Assembly (NCBI GenBank): GCA_963675245.1 | Contig: OY775910.1 | Coordinates: forward strand, 480,001-544,000 | Direction: 5' to 3' | Source: Acholeplasmataceae bacterium | Lineage (GTDB): Bacteria; Bacillota_I; Bacilli_A; Acholeplasmatales; Acholeplasmataceae | Length of the DNA stretch: 64,000 nucleotides | Part shown: positions 39,356-50,502 of the stretch, in pieces | How positions within the stretch are numbered: the stretch's first letter is position 1 | Layout of the letters: every line of letters begins with the position of its first letter | Translations under genes and position numbers: made by a program | The notes under the pieces: generated by a model | What the model was told of the DNA's origin: nothing | What the model saw: the letters and a program-made list of their open reading frames with translations, nothing else | Database searches by the model: none

Positions 39356-42300
39356 TTAATAATTAAATGGTTCTTCCGGTTCTTCTTGATACGTATTAGA
39401 ACGATCAAACTCAAATGAAGATTCCTTTAGAATACCCGTACCAGCAGGGATTAAACCACCGATAATGACGTTTTCTTTAAGACCATGAAGTTCATCTATT
39501 TTACCCTTAATCGCCGCGTCAGTCAAGATTCTTGTTGTTTCTTGGAATGATGCTGCTGATAAGAATGAATCAGATCTTAGTGATGCACGCGTGATACCTA
39601 ATAAGATAGGGCGACCAACCGCAGGTCTCTTACGTGCAAGGAATGCTTTCTTGTTTTCACGTTTGAATTCAGATACGGATACTTCAGTACCTGGTAATAA
39701 TTCTGTTTCACCTTCAGTGACGATGGTGATACGACGTAACATTTGTCTGATGATGAGCTCGATATGTTTATCAGAGATTTCAACACCTTGCGCACGATAA
39801 ACCTTTTGAACTTCTTCTAAGATATAGAGTTCAGCTGCTTCAGCAGAAACAACTCTTAAGAGTTCTTTAGGATTAATAGAACCAAGTGTTAGACGTTGAC
39901 CAGCTTTGACACTCGCATTCTTACGAACAAGAGATTCAACGTTTGGATCAATGGTGTACTTGTACTCTTTATCGTGTGCATCTGTGATCGTAACGATAGA
40001 TGAACCACCCCGTTGACGATCAATTGATTTAACCTTACCATCAACTTCTGATAGCACAGCTTTACCTTTAGGATTACGTGCTTCAAATAATTCTTGAATA
40101 CGTGGAAGACCTTGGGTAATATCTGATGCAGATGCCACCCCACCCGTGTGGAATGTACGCATGGTTAACTGTGTACCAGGTTCACCAATAGATTGCGCTG
40201 CAACAACCCCAACTGCTTCACCGACTTCAACAGGTGTGTTTGTAGCGAGGTTTCGACCGTAACATTTCGCGCAGACACCATTGTCTGAATTACAGGTTAA
40301 GTTTGATCTAATTTCAACTGCTTCAACACCGGCTTGAATCACTTGAGCACCAAGTTCATCAGTCACTAAACCGTTTCTTGGAACGATCATTTCTTTCGTC
40401 TTAGGATTAACAACGTCTTTCGCAACATAACGACCAACAATACGGTCATATAGTGGTACGATTTCTTTTGTTTCATCTTCTAAGATGGATCTCATGACAA
40501 CACCACGTTCAGTACCACAATCATCTTCAACAACGATGACATCTTGTGAAACGTCAACTAAACGACGTGTTAAGTATCCTGATTCAGCTGTTTTAAGCGC
40601 TGTATCGGTAGAACCTTTACGCGCACCGTGCGTTGAAATAAAGAATTCAGACACGGTTAAGCCTTCTCTAAATGACGCTTGGACAGGGACTTCAATAATA
40701 TCACCACGCGGGTTATTCATGAGTCCACGCATACCTGCTAATTGTGAGAAGTTTGAGGCATTACCACGGGCACCAGAGTCAGACATCATATAGATGTTGT
40801 TATCCGGATCAAATTCGCCCATTAAGCCAACTTGGATATCATCACGAGCTACTTGCCATTCTTTAATGACTAAGTCTTTACGTTCTTTATCTGTTAACCA
40901 ACCTTCATCGTACCATTCATTGACTTTAGCGATTTCTTCGTTTGCTTTTTCAATACGTTCATGTTTACCTGAGTAAACGTTAATATCAGCAAATGATACC
41001 GTTATACCAGCAACCGTTGAATATTTAAAGCCTAAGTCTTTTAATCTGTCAAGCATCTTTGATGTTTCAGAGATGTGTAGTTGCTTGAAGACTTGAGCAA
41101 TGATTTGTGATAAGAATTTCTTCTTGAATGGTGAAGGTACAGGTGTACTTTCTAAGAACTTTTTAGGATTCGTGCCTTTAGGCATGAAGTATGTATCAGG
41201 TGTCTTATTTTCTAAATTCGTGATCGTTGGTTCATTCAAATAAGGGAATGAAGAAGGTAGAATTCTGTTGAAAATAAGTTTACCAAATGTGGTGAGTAAA
41301 TATTTATCTCTTTGATCAGCAGTAAAGACTTGATTGATTGATTTAGGATCCACTAAAATTCTTGTATGTAAGCCGATTTCTTTGTGTTCAAAAGCCATTT
41401 CAGCCTCTGAAAAATCAAAGAAGAAATGTCCTTCATTTCTGTGTTTATGTGCATGTTCTTTTTGTTTCTCATCAGCACGATAACCACCAAATGGACGGTG
41501 AGCTTTTTCTTCAATCGTTAAGTAATAGTTACCTAAGACCATATCCTGTGATGGTGTAACAACTGGTTTACCATCTTTAGGGTTAAGAATATTGTTAGAG
41601 GCTAACATGAGCAATCTAGCTTCTGCTTGTGCTTCATTTGATAGTGGGACGTGAACAGCCATTTGGTCACCATCGAAGTCAGCGTTAAACGCTGGTGTAA
41701 CGAGTGGATGAAGGCGAATTGCTTTCCCATCAATTAATTTAGGTTCAAATGCTTGAATACCTAATCTGTGAAGCGTAGGTGCACGGTTAAGTAAGACTGG
41801 ATGTTCTTTAACAACCTTTTCTAAAGCTGCCCAAACATCATCATCCATACGGTCATACTTAGAGTTTGCATTCTTCTTAGAGTTTGCGTCTAAACCTAGT
41901 TGTTGTTGTAATTCTCTTAAGACGAATGGTTTGAAAAGAATAATAGCCATTTCACGTGGAATACCACATTGATACATTTCTAGGTCAGGACCAACGATAA
42001 TAACAGAACGACCAGAATAGTCAACACGTTTACCAAGTAAGTTTTGTCTGAAACGTCCTTGTTTACCACGTAACATATCAGATAATGATTTTAAGTGTCT
42101 ATTACGTTCAACTGCTGCTTTCTTACCACGTTTCGCGTTATCGAATAATGCGTCAACAGCTTCTTGTAACATACGTTTTTCATTCTTTGTGATGAGTCTT
42201 GGTGCCATTTGTTCTTTTTGTTTTTTAAGACGGTTATTACGGTTTAGAATACGACGGTATAAGTCATTTAAGTCAGTTGTTGCGAAACGACCACCATCTA

Positions 42301-43525
42301 AAGCAACCATTGGTCTTAAGTCTGGTGGAATGACTGGAATGACATCCATAACCATCCATTCAGGTTTGTTATCTGAGTTGTTGAATGATTCAACAACTTC
42401 TAAACGTTTGATAATGCGATCACGTTTTTGTTTAGAAGCAGTCTTTAATTTACGACGAAGAATACGAACTTCTTTATCAAGATCTAATTCTTGTAATAAT
42501 TTCTTAACCGCTTCAGCACCTGTGAGCGCTGTAAACTTACCCCAGTATTCTTCTGAAAGCATACTGAAATCTTGTTCTGATAAGATTTGTTTCTTTTGAA
42601 GTGGTGCTTGACCAGGATCTGTAACGATATATGATGCATGATAAACGACTTCTTCTAACGCTTTTGCTTTAATCCCCAAAAGGATGGCTAAGCGTGAAGG
42701 TGAGTTTTTTAAATACCATGTGTGAACAACAGGTGCTTCAAGTTCAATATGACCCATACGTTCACGGCGTACTTTAGATTCTGTAATTTCAATACCACAC
42801 TTTTGACAGATCTGACCCTTATTACCAGATTGTTTTTTACCGCAAGCACATTGATAATCCCTTGTAGGACCAAAGATGCGTTCGCAGAATAATCCGCCTG
42901 GTTCAGGTTTAGATGTTCTGTAGTTAATCGTTTCGTGTGTTAAGACTTCACCATAACTCCATTGTCTGATTTCATCAGGAGAAGCTAAGCGAATCTTAAA
43001 GTGTGAGAAGGTTCTTGAACCATAACCTTTACGAATAGGTTGAACATGACGATGAATACGTTCTGATAAATCCATGTCAAGTGCACTTTCTTGTGCGACA
43101 AGACCTTCAACTACTTCTTCGCCTTCAATGACGTGAACATGTGTGTGTTCTTTTAATGCGTCAAATCCGTAAAATTCTAAGAGATCGTTAATTTCTTTTC
43201 TTAATAGTTCATCACCTTCAAATAAGTGATATAAGGTGTGACGATCAAAATCGATGAATTCAGGTAAATCGTGGATGCTAGCTGTTTTTAAGATCGAGAT
43301 AGTTTCATCACTTAAGTTAAGATTATCCAAACTTCTTGGTAGGCTATAACGTCTTAAAACTGTTTTAATTTCATCAAATGATTCGCCAAGTAACATCTTC
43401 AACTCTTTTAGGTTAAAGGTGTTAAAGTCTTCTAGTTGTTCAATACCGGAGAGTTTTAAATGGTTTAAGGCTTCTTCTGAAAGTTTTAATGATTCAACGT
43501 GCAATGTGAGTTTTTCTTTTGCCAT
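39356..43525 (-). CDS. rpoC: RNA polymerase beta' subunit with ~170-aa N-terminal extension
   Basis: [42 protein letters not shown]. Confidence 0.99.
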   Translation of the reverse strand: MAKEKLTLHVESLKLSEEALNHLKLSGIEQLEDFNTFNLKELKMLLGESFDEIKTVLRRYSLPRSLDNLNLSDETISILKTASIHDLPEFIDFDRHTLYHLFEGDELLRKEINDLLEFYGFDALKEHTHVHVIEGEEVVEGLVAQESALDMDLSERIHRHVQPIRKGYGSRTFSHFKIRLASPDEIRQWSYGEVLTHETINYRTSKPEPGGLFCERIFGPTRDYQCACGKKQSGNKGQICQKCGIEITESKVRRERMGHIELEAPVVHTWYLKNSPSRLAILLGIKAKALEEVVYHASYIVTDPGQAPLQKKQILSEQDFSMLSEEYWGKFTALTGAEAVKKLLQELDLDKEVRILRRKLKTASKQKRDRIIKRLEVVESFNNSDNKPEWMVMDVIPVIPPDLRPMVALDGGRFATTDLNDLYRRILNRNNRLKKQKEQMAPRLITKNEKRMLQEAVDALFDNAKRGKKAAVERNRHLKSLSDMLRGKQGRFRQNLLGKRVDYSGRSVIIVGPDLEMYQCGIPREMAIILFKPFVLRELQQQLGLDANSKKNANSKYDRMDDDVWAALEKVVKEHPVLLNRAPTLHRLGIQAFEPKLIDGKAIRLHPLVTPAFNADFDGDQMAVHVPLSNEAQAEARLLMLASNNILNPKDGKPVVTPSQDMVLGNYYLTIEEKAHRPFGGYRADEKQKEHAHKHRNEGHFFFDFSEAEMAFEHKEIGLHTRILVDPKSINQVFTADQRDKYLLTTFGKLIFNRILPSSFPYLNEPTITNLENKTPDTYFMPKGTNPKKFLESTPVPSPFKKKFLSQIIAQVFKQLHISETSKMLDRLKDLGFKYSTVAGITVSFADINVYSGKHERIEKANEEIAKVNEWYDEGWLTDKERKDLVIKEWQVARDDIQVGLMGEFDPDNNIYMMSDSGARGNASNFSQLAGMRGLMNNPRGDIIEVPVQASFREGLTVSEFFISTHGARKGSTDTALKTAESGYLTRRLVDVSQDVIVVEDDCGTERGVVMRSILEDETKEIVPLYDRIVGRYVAKDVVNPKTKEMIVPRNGLVTDELGAQVIQAGVEAVEIRSNLTCNSDNGVCAKCYGRNLATNTPVEVGEAVGVVAAQSIGEPGTQLTMRTFHTGGVASASDITQGLPRIQELFEARNPKGKAVLSEVDGKVKSIDRQRGGSSIVTITDAHDKEYKYTIDPNVESLVRKNASVKAGQRLTLGSINPKELLRVVSAEAAELYILEEVQKVYRAQGVEISDKHIELIIRQMLRRITIVTEGETELLPGTEVSVSEFKRENKKAFLARKRPAVGRPILLGITRASLRSDSFLSAASFQETTRILTDAAIKGKIDELHGLKENVIIGGLIPAGTGILKESSFEFDRSNTYQEEPEEPFNY

Positions 43526-46500
43526 TAGCGGAACCCTCCTTTCGTAAATCTCGATGGATTGTTATTAACAAGTGATTTTTCTGCTTCATTTTCGCCAGTC
43601 GTTGCGTCAATTAATTCAACGTGCAATCCTAATGCTTGGAATTCTCTTGTTAAGACCCTAAATGATTCTGGGATGCCGGCTTGTGGAATTGGTTTACCAT
43701 GCGTAATGGCACTATAAACTTTATTTCTACCGAGCATATCATCAGATTTAACCGTTAACATTTCTTGTAAGGTATGTGCTGCACCGTAAGCATAGAGTGC
43801 CCAAACTTCCATTTCTCCGAAACGTTGACCACCGTTTTGGGCTTTACCACCCATCGGTTGTTGTGTAACGAGTGTATATGGACCAACAGCACGCGCATGA
43901 AGTTTATCGTCAACCATGTGTGACAGTTTAATCATGTACATGACACCAACAGAGATTCTGTTCTCATATGGTTCACCGGTACGTCCATCATATAATGTAC
44001 GTTTACCATCTGGTTCAAGACCAGCTTCACTCATAATCGATAATAAGTCTTCATCACTAACCCCATCAAATACTGGTGTCGCGATTTTAATGCCTAATTT
44101 TTTCGCAGCCATACCTAAATGAATTTCTAGGATCTGACCGATATTCATACGTGATGGTACCCCAAGTGGGTTTAACATGATGTCAATAGGTGTCCCATCT
44201 TCCATGTAAGGCATATCTTCACGTGGGAGAATTTTTGAAATAACCCCTTTATTACCGTGACGACCAGCCATCTTGTCACCTTCAGAAATCTTACGTTTCT
44301 TAGCAACATAGACACGGATGAATTCATTGACGCCGCTTTGGAGTTGATCACCATTCTTCTTAGAAAAATACTGAACAGATTGAACAACACCGCCACCACC
44401 GTGTGGGACGCGCATGGATGAATCACGGTATTCGCGTGATTTTTCACCGATGACTGCGTGAATAAGTTTTTCAGATGGTGTTGGTTCAAAGACACCCTTA
44501 GGTGTAATCTTACCAACTAAAATATCATTTTCTTTCACTTCAGAACCTGGAATAATAATACCGCGTTCATCAAGATTCTTAACGGCTTCATAACCAGCAT
44601 TTGGTACTTCACGTGTGATTTCTTCACGACCAGAGCCGCTCTTTAATTCACGTGTTTCAACTTCATATTCATCGATATGAATCGATGTATAAACGTCTTC
44701 TTTAACAAGGTCTTCACACATGATGACAGCATCTTCATAGTTATAACCTTCCCATGTCATGAACGCAACAGTAACATTTCTACCAAGTGCTAGTTCACCT
44801 TTGTTTGTTGAAGGACCATCTGCTAAGACATCTCCAGTATCAACGAACTCACCTGATTTAACAAGTGGTTTTTGAAGCACTAATGTATCTTGGTTAGAAC
44901 GCATAAAGTTTGTTAATTCATAAGTGACTGTATCACCCATACCATAATCTCTTAAGACTTTTGCACTCTCAAATGAGAAGCCTTTCTTAGGATCGTATAA
45001 AACATTGTTGCCGACGACAACACGTTCAGTTGGTTCTGGTGTGATTTCAATTCTCTTACCATCAGCATATGTGACATAGCCTGATACGTCAGATACAATA
45101 ACTGATCCAGAGTCTTTTGCTGCTCGGTATTCAATACCTGTACCAACGATAGGTGAATCTGTTTTAAGTAGTGGCACAGCCTGACGTTGCATGTTCGCAC
45201 CCATGAGTGCACGAGACGCGTCATCGTGTTCCAAGAATGGAATCGTTGATGTTGCGACCGATACGATTTGCTTTGGACTGACGTCCATAAAAGTAACTTC
45301 ATCAAGGTCAAACATAGATGTTTCACCACGATGACGACCGATGACTTTATCTTCAGTGATTTCACCATTTTCTGCCAAGTGAGTCGCAGCAGACGCGATG
45401 ATTTCATGATATTCTTCATCAGCAGTTAAGTATTTAAATTCTTGTGTAACCACAGGTCTATCTCCAGATTTATCAACAATCAAGTATGGTGTTTGAATAA
45501 AACCGTATTGATCCACTTTACCATAAGTAGCAAGTGAACTGATTAACCCGATAGATGGCCCTTCTGGTGTTTCAATTGGACAAATACGTCCGTAGTGAGA
45601 GTTATGTACGTCACGGACTTCAACGCCTGCACGGTCTCTTGCAAGACCACCGGTACCTAAAGCAGATACACGACGTTTTTGAGTTAACTCAGCTAGTGGG
45701 TTAATTTGATCCATGAATTGTGATAACTGTGAACTACCGAAGAATGTCTTAATCGCACCAGCAAGTGGCGTCATATTAATGATGTTTGACGGTGTCGCAT
45801 CCGCGAACGTCGTCGTTGACATCTTGTCTTTAATATTCTTTTCAGCTCTTGCAAGACCAATTCTAAATTGGTTCTTTAAGAGTTCACCAATAAGTCTTAA
45901 ACGACGGTTACCTAAATGGTCGATATCATCTGTCGCACCAAGACCTTCATATAAGTTTAAGTAGTAAGAGATGGATGCAACCACATCAGATAGCGTAATA
46001 TGTTCACGCATTTCACGTTGGTCGTTACCTAATACTCTAACCGTATAAATCTTATCTGTTTCTTCGTCCTTAACAGTGACGTCAATCGCTTCAACTAAAA
46101 CACCAGAACGTTCTTTTTCTTTCTCATGAAGGTCTCTACCATCAAAGAAATACTTAATGACTTTTTCATCTAACGCATTACGATTTCTACGTAAAACATT
46201 TAATGATTCTTCATTGATTTCTGTGTTCTTTGAAATAAGGATTTCGCCTGTTTTTAAGTTAACGATGTTTTCTTTCGCATATAATGCATCGCCACCATCA
46301 GGAAGATAAGTTGCTAAAATTTCTGCAGGTGGTTCGTTTTGAAGTGAATCTTCTTTAGAGATAACTTCAACGCGTAATGCATCGCGATGATCTTTTAAGA
46401 CATTGATGACGTCTTCTGTAATTTTTGTCTTTTCAGCAACAATCACTTGACCCGTTTTAGGATCAACGATATCTGTTGCTGTATATGTGCCTTCAATACG

Positions 46501-47352
46501 TGAAAGTACATCTAATTTTTTATTGAATTTATAACGACCAACAGCCGCTAAATCATAACGACGTTTTTCGAATAAACGCATTCTGACGAATTCACGTGCA
46601 GCATCTGCTGGCACTTTTTCGCCTTGTCTTAATTTTGAATATAAATCGATGATTGCTTCATCAGCATTTTTTGTATCATCTTTTTCAAAGGTAGAATCAA
46701 TATAGTTTGATTTACCAAAAATTTCATAAATATCTTTTTTCTTTTGAATACCTAAAGCACGCATTAAAGTTGTTAGAGGTACTTTTTTACTTCTGTCAAG
46801 CTTCGCATAGACAATACGTTTAGAACCAAGTTCATATTCTAACCATGCACCACGTGTTGGGATGATTTGCGCAGAATATTTAATCTGATTCATCTTCTTG
46901 TCCATTTCGCTCATGTAATAAGCGCCAGACGAACGAATAATCTGGGATACGACCACACGTTCAGCACCGTTAATGACAAAAGTCCCCGACGGTGTCATAA
47001 AGGGGATTTCACTCATTAAGATGACGTTCTCTCTAACTTCTCCGGTAATCGCGTTTTCGAGTTTAACTTTTGCAGAAAGCTGCTTAGCATAGTTAACATC
47101 TCTTAACTTCGATTCATTAATACCAAATTTTGGTTCGGTAAGGTAATGTTCTTCAAAATATAACTTTAAATCGCCGTTGTGACCTTCAATTGGCGAAATA
47201 TCTTGCAACAAACCCTTGATGCCCTCATCGATAAACCATTGGAATGATTTTGTTTGTATCTCGATCAGGTTCGGCAAATCAATGTCATAACGCATTCTTG
47301 AATAATTTCTACGTTCCGCTTTCTTGCCGTATTTCACATTCCGATATCCCAT
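43525..47352 (-). CDS. rpoB: RNA polymerase beta subunit
   Basis: [42 protein letters not shown] 47352 after AGGAG. Confidence 0.99.
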   Translation of the reverse strand: MGYRNVKYGKKAERRNYSRMRYDIDLPNLIEIQTKSFQWFIDEGIKGLLQDISPIEGHNGDLKLYFEEHYLTEPKFGINESKLRDVNYAKQLSAKVKLENAITGEVRENVILMSEIPFMTPSGTFVINGAERVVVSQIIRSSGAYYMSEMDKKMNQIKYSAQIIPTRGAWLEYELGSKRIVYAKLDRSKKVPLTTLMRALGIQKKKDIYEIFGKSNYIDSTFEKDDTKNADEAIIDLYSKLRQGEKVPADAAREFVRMRLFEKRRYDLAAVGRYKFNKKLDVLSRIEGTYTATDIVDPKTGQVIVAEKTKITEDVINVLKDHRDALRVEVISKEDSLQNEPPAEILATYLPDGGDALYAKENIVNLKTGEILISKNTEINEESLNVLRRNRNALDEKVIKYFFDGRDLHEKEKERSGVLVEAIDVTVKDEETDKIYTVRVLGNDQREMREHITLSDVVASISYYLNLYEGLGATDDIDHLGNRRLRLIGELLKNQFRIGLARAEKNIKDKMSTTTFADATPSNIINMTPLAGAIKTFFGSSQLSQFMDQINPLAELTQKRRVSALGTGGLARDRAGVEVRDVHNSHYGRICPIETPEGPSIGLISSLATYGKVDQYGFIQTPYLIVDKSGDRPVVTQEFKYLTADEEYHEIIASAATHLAENGEITEDKVIGRHRGETSMFDLDEVTFMDVSPKQIVSVATSTIPFLEHDDASRALMGANMQRQAVPLLKTDSPIVGTGIEYRAAKDSGSVIVSDVSGYVTYADGKRIEITPEPTERVVVGNNVLYDPKKGFSFESAKVLRDYGMGDTVTYELTNFMRSNQDTLVLQKPLVKSGEFVDTGDVLADGPSTNKGELALGRNVTVAFMTWEGYNYEDAVIMCEDLVKEDVYTSIHIDEYEVETRELKSGSGREEITREVPNAGYEAVKNLDERGIIIPGSEVKENDILVGKITPKGVFEPTPSEKLIHAVIGEKSREYRDSSMRVPHGGGGVVQSVQYFSKKNGDQLQSGVNEFIRVYVAKKRKISEGDKMAGRHGNKGVISKILPREDMPYMEDGTPIDIMLNPLGVPSRMNIGQILEIHLGMAAKKLGIKIATPVFDGVSDEDLLSIMSEAGLEPDGKRTLYDGRTGEPYENRISVGVMYMIKLSHMVDDKLHARAVGPYTLVTQQPMGGKAQNGGQRFGEMEVWALYAYGAAHTLQEMLTVKSDDMLGRNKVYSAITHGKPIPQAGIPESFRVLTREFQALGLHVELIDATTGENEAEKSLVNNNPSRFTKGGFR

Positions 47353-47472
47353 GTTCCACACTCCTATCATTTCTAGAAAATCACGTCACATAACCGATTA
47401 AATTATATATTAAAACCATTATTATGCATTTTAATATATTATCACAAAGTATGCAACAAGTCAATCACTTTT

Positions 47473-48063
47473 TTACTTTTTAGCTAAAAGAACCCAATAT
47501 CCCTTTGTTTTTGTCACAATTTCACAGTTTCCAAAAATTTCTTCAAGTTTTGCTACCGATGATGGTGCACCTTGCTTTTTTTGAATAACGACATATAAAG
47601 AACCACCATCACCTAAGTGGTTATATGATTCCTCATAGATTTTAAAAACCGTATCTTTACCCGCTCTAATTGGTGGGTTTGTAACAATTAAATCAAATGT
47701 TTCCGTAATACTGTCAAACACGTCACTAATGGCTGTTTTTGCATTAGAAATTTTATTGTTTTTTATATTCATATCAACAAGCGCTATAGCACGTTCATTG
47801 ACATCAACTAACGTCACATCTACATTCTCATTATAAGATGCAATAAACAGCCCAATTGGGCCATAACCACACCCTAAATCAAGGGCTTTCTTGACGTTAT
47901 CCAAATCAATATAATCCAATAAAACACGTGTGCCGAAATCGATATAATTCCGACTAAAAACACCACGATCCGTGGTTAGTATTAAACGCACACCACGCAA
48001 CTCAAGTTTGACGTTTTGATAACCGTGTTCAAGACTTTTATCTGTTGTAAAATAGTGGCTCAT
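47473..48063 (-). CDS. RsmC-like SAM-dependent methyltransferase (YbxB-like)
   Basis: MSHYF, GVFS..IDFGT, LDLGCGYG, TNPPIRAGK; conserved position between rplL and rpoB. Confidence 0.9.
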   Translation of the reverse strand: MSHYFTTDKSLEHGYQNVKLELRGVRLILTTDRGVFSRNYIDFGTRVLLDYIDLDNVKKALDLGCGYGPIGLFIASYNENVDVTLVDVNERAIALVDMNIKNNKISNAKTAISDVFDSITETFDLIVTNPPIRAGKDTVFKIYEESYNHLGDGGSLYVVIQKKQGAPSSVAKLEEIFGNCEIVTKTKGYWVLLAKK

Positions 48064-48132
48064 AAAAAGTCCCCCAATAACAGCGAAAAAACCCAAGAGT
48101 AGTCCCTGGGTTGTTTACGCTAGTTAAGTCGC

Positions 48133-48507
48133 TTATTTAACTTCAACAGTAGCTCCAGCATCCTGAAGTTGTGTCTTAAGTTCTTCCGCTTCTTCTTTGC
48201 TGACTTTTTCTTTAATCACTGCATCAGCAGTTTCTGTTAATTTCTTAGCATCTGCTAAACCAAGACCAGTTACTGCACGTACAACTTTAATAACTGCGAT
48301 CTTGTTATCGCCAAATGTCTTAAGGATTACATCAAATTCTGTTTGTTCATCAGCTGCTGCTGCGCCTGCGCCAGCTGCTGGTGCTGCTGCGACTGCAGTT
48401 GGGTCAATACCGAATTCTTCTTTTAATCCATCTACTAAATCTTTGATTTCGAGTAATGTCATCTCTTTAAGAGATGCTACAAATTCTGCTTTTGTAAGTT
48501 TTGCCAT
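48133..48507 (-). CDS. rplL: 50S ribosomal protein L7/L12
   Basis: [26 protein letters not shown]. Confidence 0.98.
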   Translation of the reverse strand: MAKLTKAEFVASLKEMTLLEIKDLVDGLKEEFGIDPTAVAAAPAAGAGAAAADEQTEFDVILKTFGDNKIAVIKVVRAVTGLGLADAKKLTETADAVIKEKVSKEEAEELKTQLQDAGATVEVK

Positions 48508-48527
48508 GATATGGTTCCTCCTATTTT

Positions 48528-49016
48528 TTAAGCTTCTTCACTAATCATGTGAAGGCCAACCGTTAGTTCTCTAACTGGTGTCAATAATCCTACTGCTAAC
48601 ATTGTTAACATCGTTTCGTATGATGGTAATGTAGCCAATTCATTGATTACATCTAATGATGCAACCTTTCCTTCAACAACGCCAGATTGAATAGCAACTT
48701 GTTTGTTTTCCTTAGCAAATTCGTAAACGATCTTTGCAGGAGCAACAACATCTTCATAACTCAACGCGATAGCTTTCGCACCAACTAATGTGTCTGCGAA
48801 CGCATCATATCCAGCCGCGATTGAGGCACGACGTGAGATGTTGTTCTTGTAGATTGCCACTTCACAGTCAGCTTCTCTTAACGCAGTTCTGAGTTTTGTA
48901 AAAGCTTCAACTGTTAATCCTGGGTAATCAAAGGCAACGACCGTTTTGGCACGACCAAGCTTTTCAGCTAGGACTTCTACCTGTTCGGCTTTACGTTTAA
49001 TCATTTCTTTTTGCAT
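48528..49016 (-). CDS. rplJ: 50S ribosomal protein L10
   Basis: DYPGLTV, YKNN, LATLPS; ATG 49016 after AAGGAGG. Confidence 0.95.
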   Translation of the reverse strand: MQKEMIKRKAEQVEVLAEKLGRAKTVVAFDYPGLTVEAFTKLRTALREADCEVAIYKNNISRRASIAAGYDAFADTLVGAKAIALSYEDVVAPAKIVYEFAKENKQVAIQSGVVEGKVASLDVINELATLPSYETMLTMLAVGLLTPVRELTVGLHMISEEA

Positions 49017-49029
49017 CGTATGCCTCCTT

Positions 49030-49125
49030 GAAAAAATCTCTCTTATGCCACAAGACAAAAGAGAGAAATTAATTAAATTTCACCTCGGTAGGAAATTAAG
49101 CTTTCGCACCCACTGTCTTTGGCAT
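49030..49125 (-). promoter_or_regulatory. L10 ribosomal protein leader with attenuator hairpin
   Basis: Minus strand CCAAAGACAGUGGGUGCGAAAGCUUAAUUUCCUACCGAGG followed by UCUCUCUU...AAGAGAGA-UUUUUU. Confidence 0.8.
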
Positions 49126-49144
49126 CTTAAAATTTGTTTTTTTA

Positions 49145-49846
49145 TTAAGCGTGGAAGTTCTTTAATGAATCTTCGTCTACGCGAACACCAGGTGCCATAC
49201 TTGATGTCACTGTGATGTTTTTAATGTAAGTCCCTTTAACTGTTGATGGTTTAATTTGAACCAAACGATGATAGAGAGCTACAAGGTTTTCAGCTAATTT
49301 ATTAGCATCAAATGATACACGACCGATTGGCGCATGAATGTTACCAACCTTGTCAACACGGTATTCAATTTTACCGTTTTTAATTTCATGGACTGCTTTT
49401 TCAACATCCATAGTCACTGTTCCAGTTTTAGGGTTTGGCATTAAACCTTTAGGTCCTAGTAAACGTCCAAGTTTACCAAGTTGTGACATCATATTAGGTG
49501 TCGCAACGATGACATCAAAGTCAAACCAACCGCCTGCAATTTTATCGATGAGTTCTTTATCACCGACATGATCTGCACCAGCATCAGTCGCTTGTTTCGC
49601 TTGCTCACCTTGAGCAATAACGACAACACGATTGACTTTACCGGTTCCGTGAGGTAATACGAGCGCACCTCTTAAGTTTTGTTCCGCTTGTCTTGGATCA
49701 AGATTTAGGCGGAATGCCGCTTCAACGGTTGCGTCGAATTTCACGAATGACGTCTTCTTAACTAGATCAACGGCTTCGTTCACAGCATAATGATTGAATT
49801 TTTCAATCAGCTTTGCTGCTTCAACGTATTTCTTTCCTCGTTTCAT
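49145..49846 (-). CDS. rplA: 50S ribosomal protein L1
   Basis: [30 protein letters not shown]. Confidence 0.98.
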   Translation of the reverse strand: MKRGKKYVEAAKLIEKFNHYAVNEAVDLVKKTSFVKFDATVEAAFRLNLDPRQAEQNLRGALVLPHGTGKVNRVVVIAQGEQAKQATDAGADHVGDKELIDKIAGGWFDFDVIVATPNMMSQLGKLGRLLGPKGLMPNPKTGTVTMDVEKAVHEIKNGKIEYRVDKVGNIHAPIGRVSFDANKLAENLVALYHRLVQIKPSTVKGTYIKNITVTSSMAPGVRVDEDSLKNFHA

Positions 49847-49860
49847 ATGTTTCCTCCAAA

Positions 49861-49890
49861 ATGTGGTCTAGCGGGATATCCTCCCACAAT
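49861..49890 (-). promoter_or_regulatory. L1-binding leader upstream of rplA
   Basis: UGUGGGAGGAUAUCCCGCUAGACCACA hairpin with L1-type internal loop just before the rplA SD. Confidence 0.65.
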
Positions 49891-49912
49891 TTAGACAGCT
49901 AATGATCTAAAT

Positions 49913-50338
49913 TTAGTCTTTTACTGCAATACCCATATTACGCGCTGTACCTTCAACAATCTTAGCTGCTGCTTCTACGGTATAAGCGTTTAAATCAGGC
50001 ATTTTTCTTTCTGCGATCTCATTAATTTGCGCTTTTGTTAAAGTTGCGACTTTATTCTTTAATGAATTGTCTGATCCTTTTTGGATGTTTGCCGCTTTCT
50101 TTAATAGATCGCTCACTGGTGGCATCTTAGTTACAAACGAGAATGTACGGTCATCGTATACTGAGATAACGACTGGTACAACGAATCCCATTTGATCCTT
50201 CGTTGCTTCATTAAATTGAGAACAAAATGCTTGGATATTAACCTGAGCTTGACCAAGTGCTGGACCAACTGGTGGCGCTGGGTTTGCTTTCCCTGCTTGG
50301 ATCTGCAATTTAAGAACACGAACTACTTTTTTTGCCAT
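49913..50338 (-). CDS. rplK: 50S ribosomal protein L11
   Basis: [31 protein letters not shown]. Confidence 0.98.
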   Translation of the reverse strand: MAKKVVRVLKLQIQAGKANPAPPVGPALGQAQVNIQAFCSQFNEATKDQMGFVVPVVISVYDDRTFSFVTKMPPVSDLLKKAANIQKGSDNSLKNKVATLTKAQINEIAERKMPDLNAYTVEAAAKIVEGTARNMGIAVKD

Positions 50339-50417
50339 GCACACAACCTCCTTCTTTTACATAAGTATGTGGTATGAATCACTTCTTCCACTATGGTGTG
50401 CTTTCACACGCGAATAT

Positions 50418-50446
50418 ATTCTATCATTAAGGGTGGGGGTTGTCAA
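50418..50446 (-). promoter_or_regulatory. sigma-A promoter of rplK-rplA
   Basis: Minus strand TTGACA-N17-TAGAAT with extended TG. Confidence 0.8.
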
Positions 50447-50502
50447 TGAAAAAAGACATTATTGTCAAAAAAAGAGGTTCTCCTTAAGAGAACCCCCATT
50501 TA

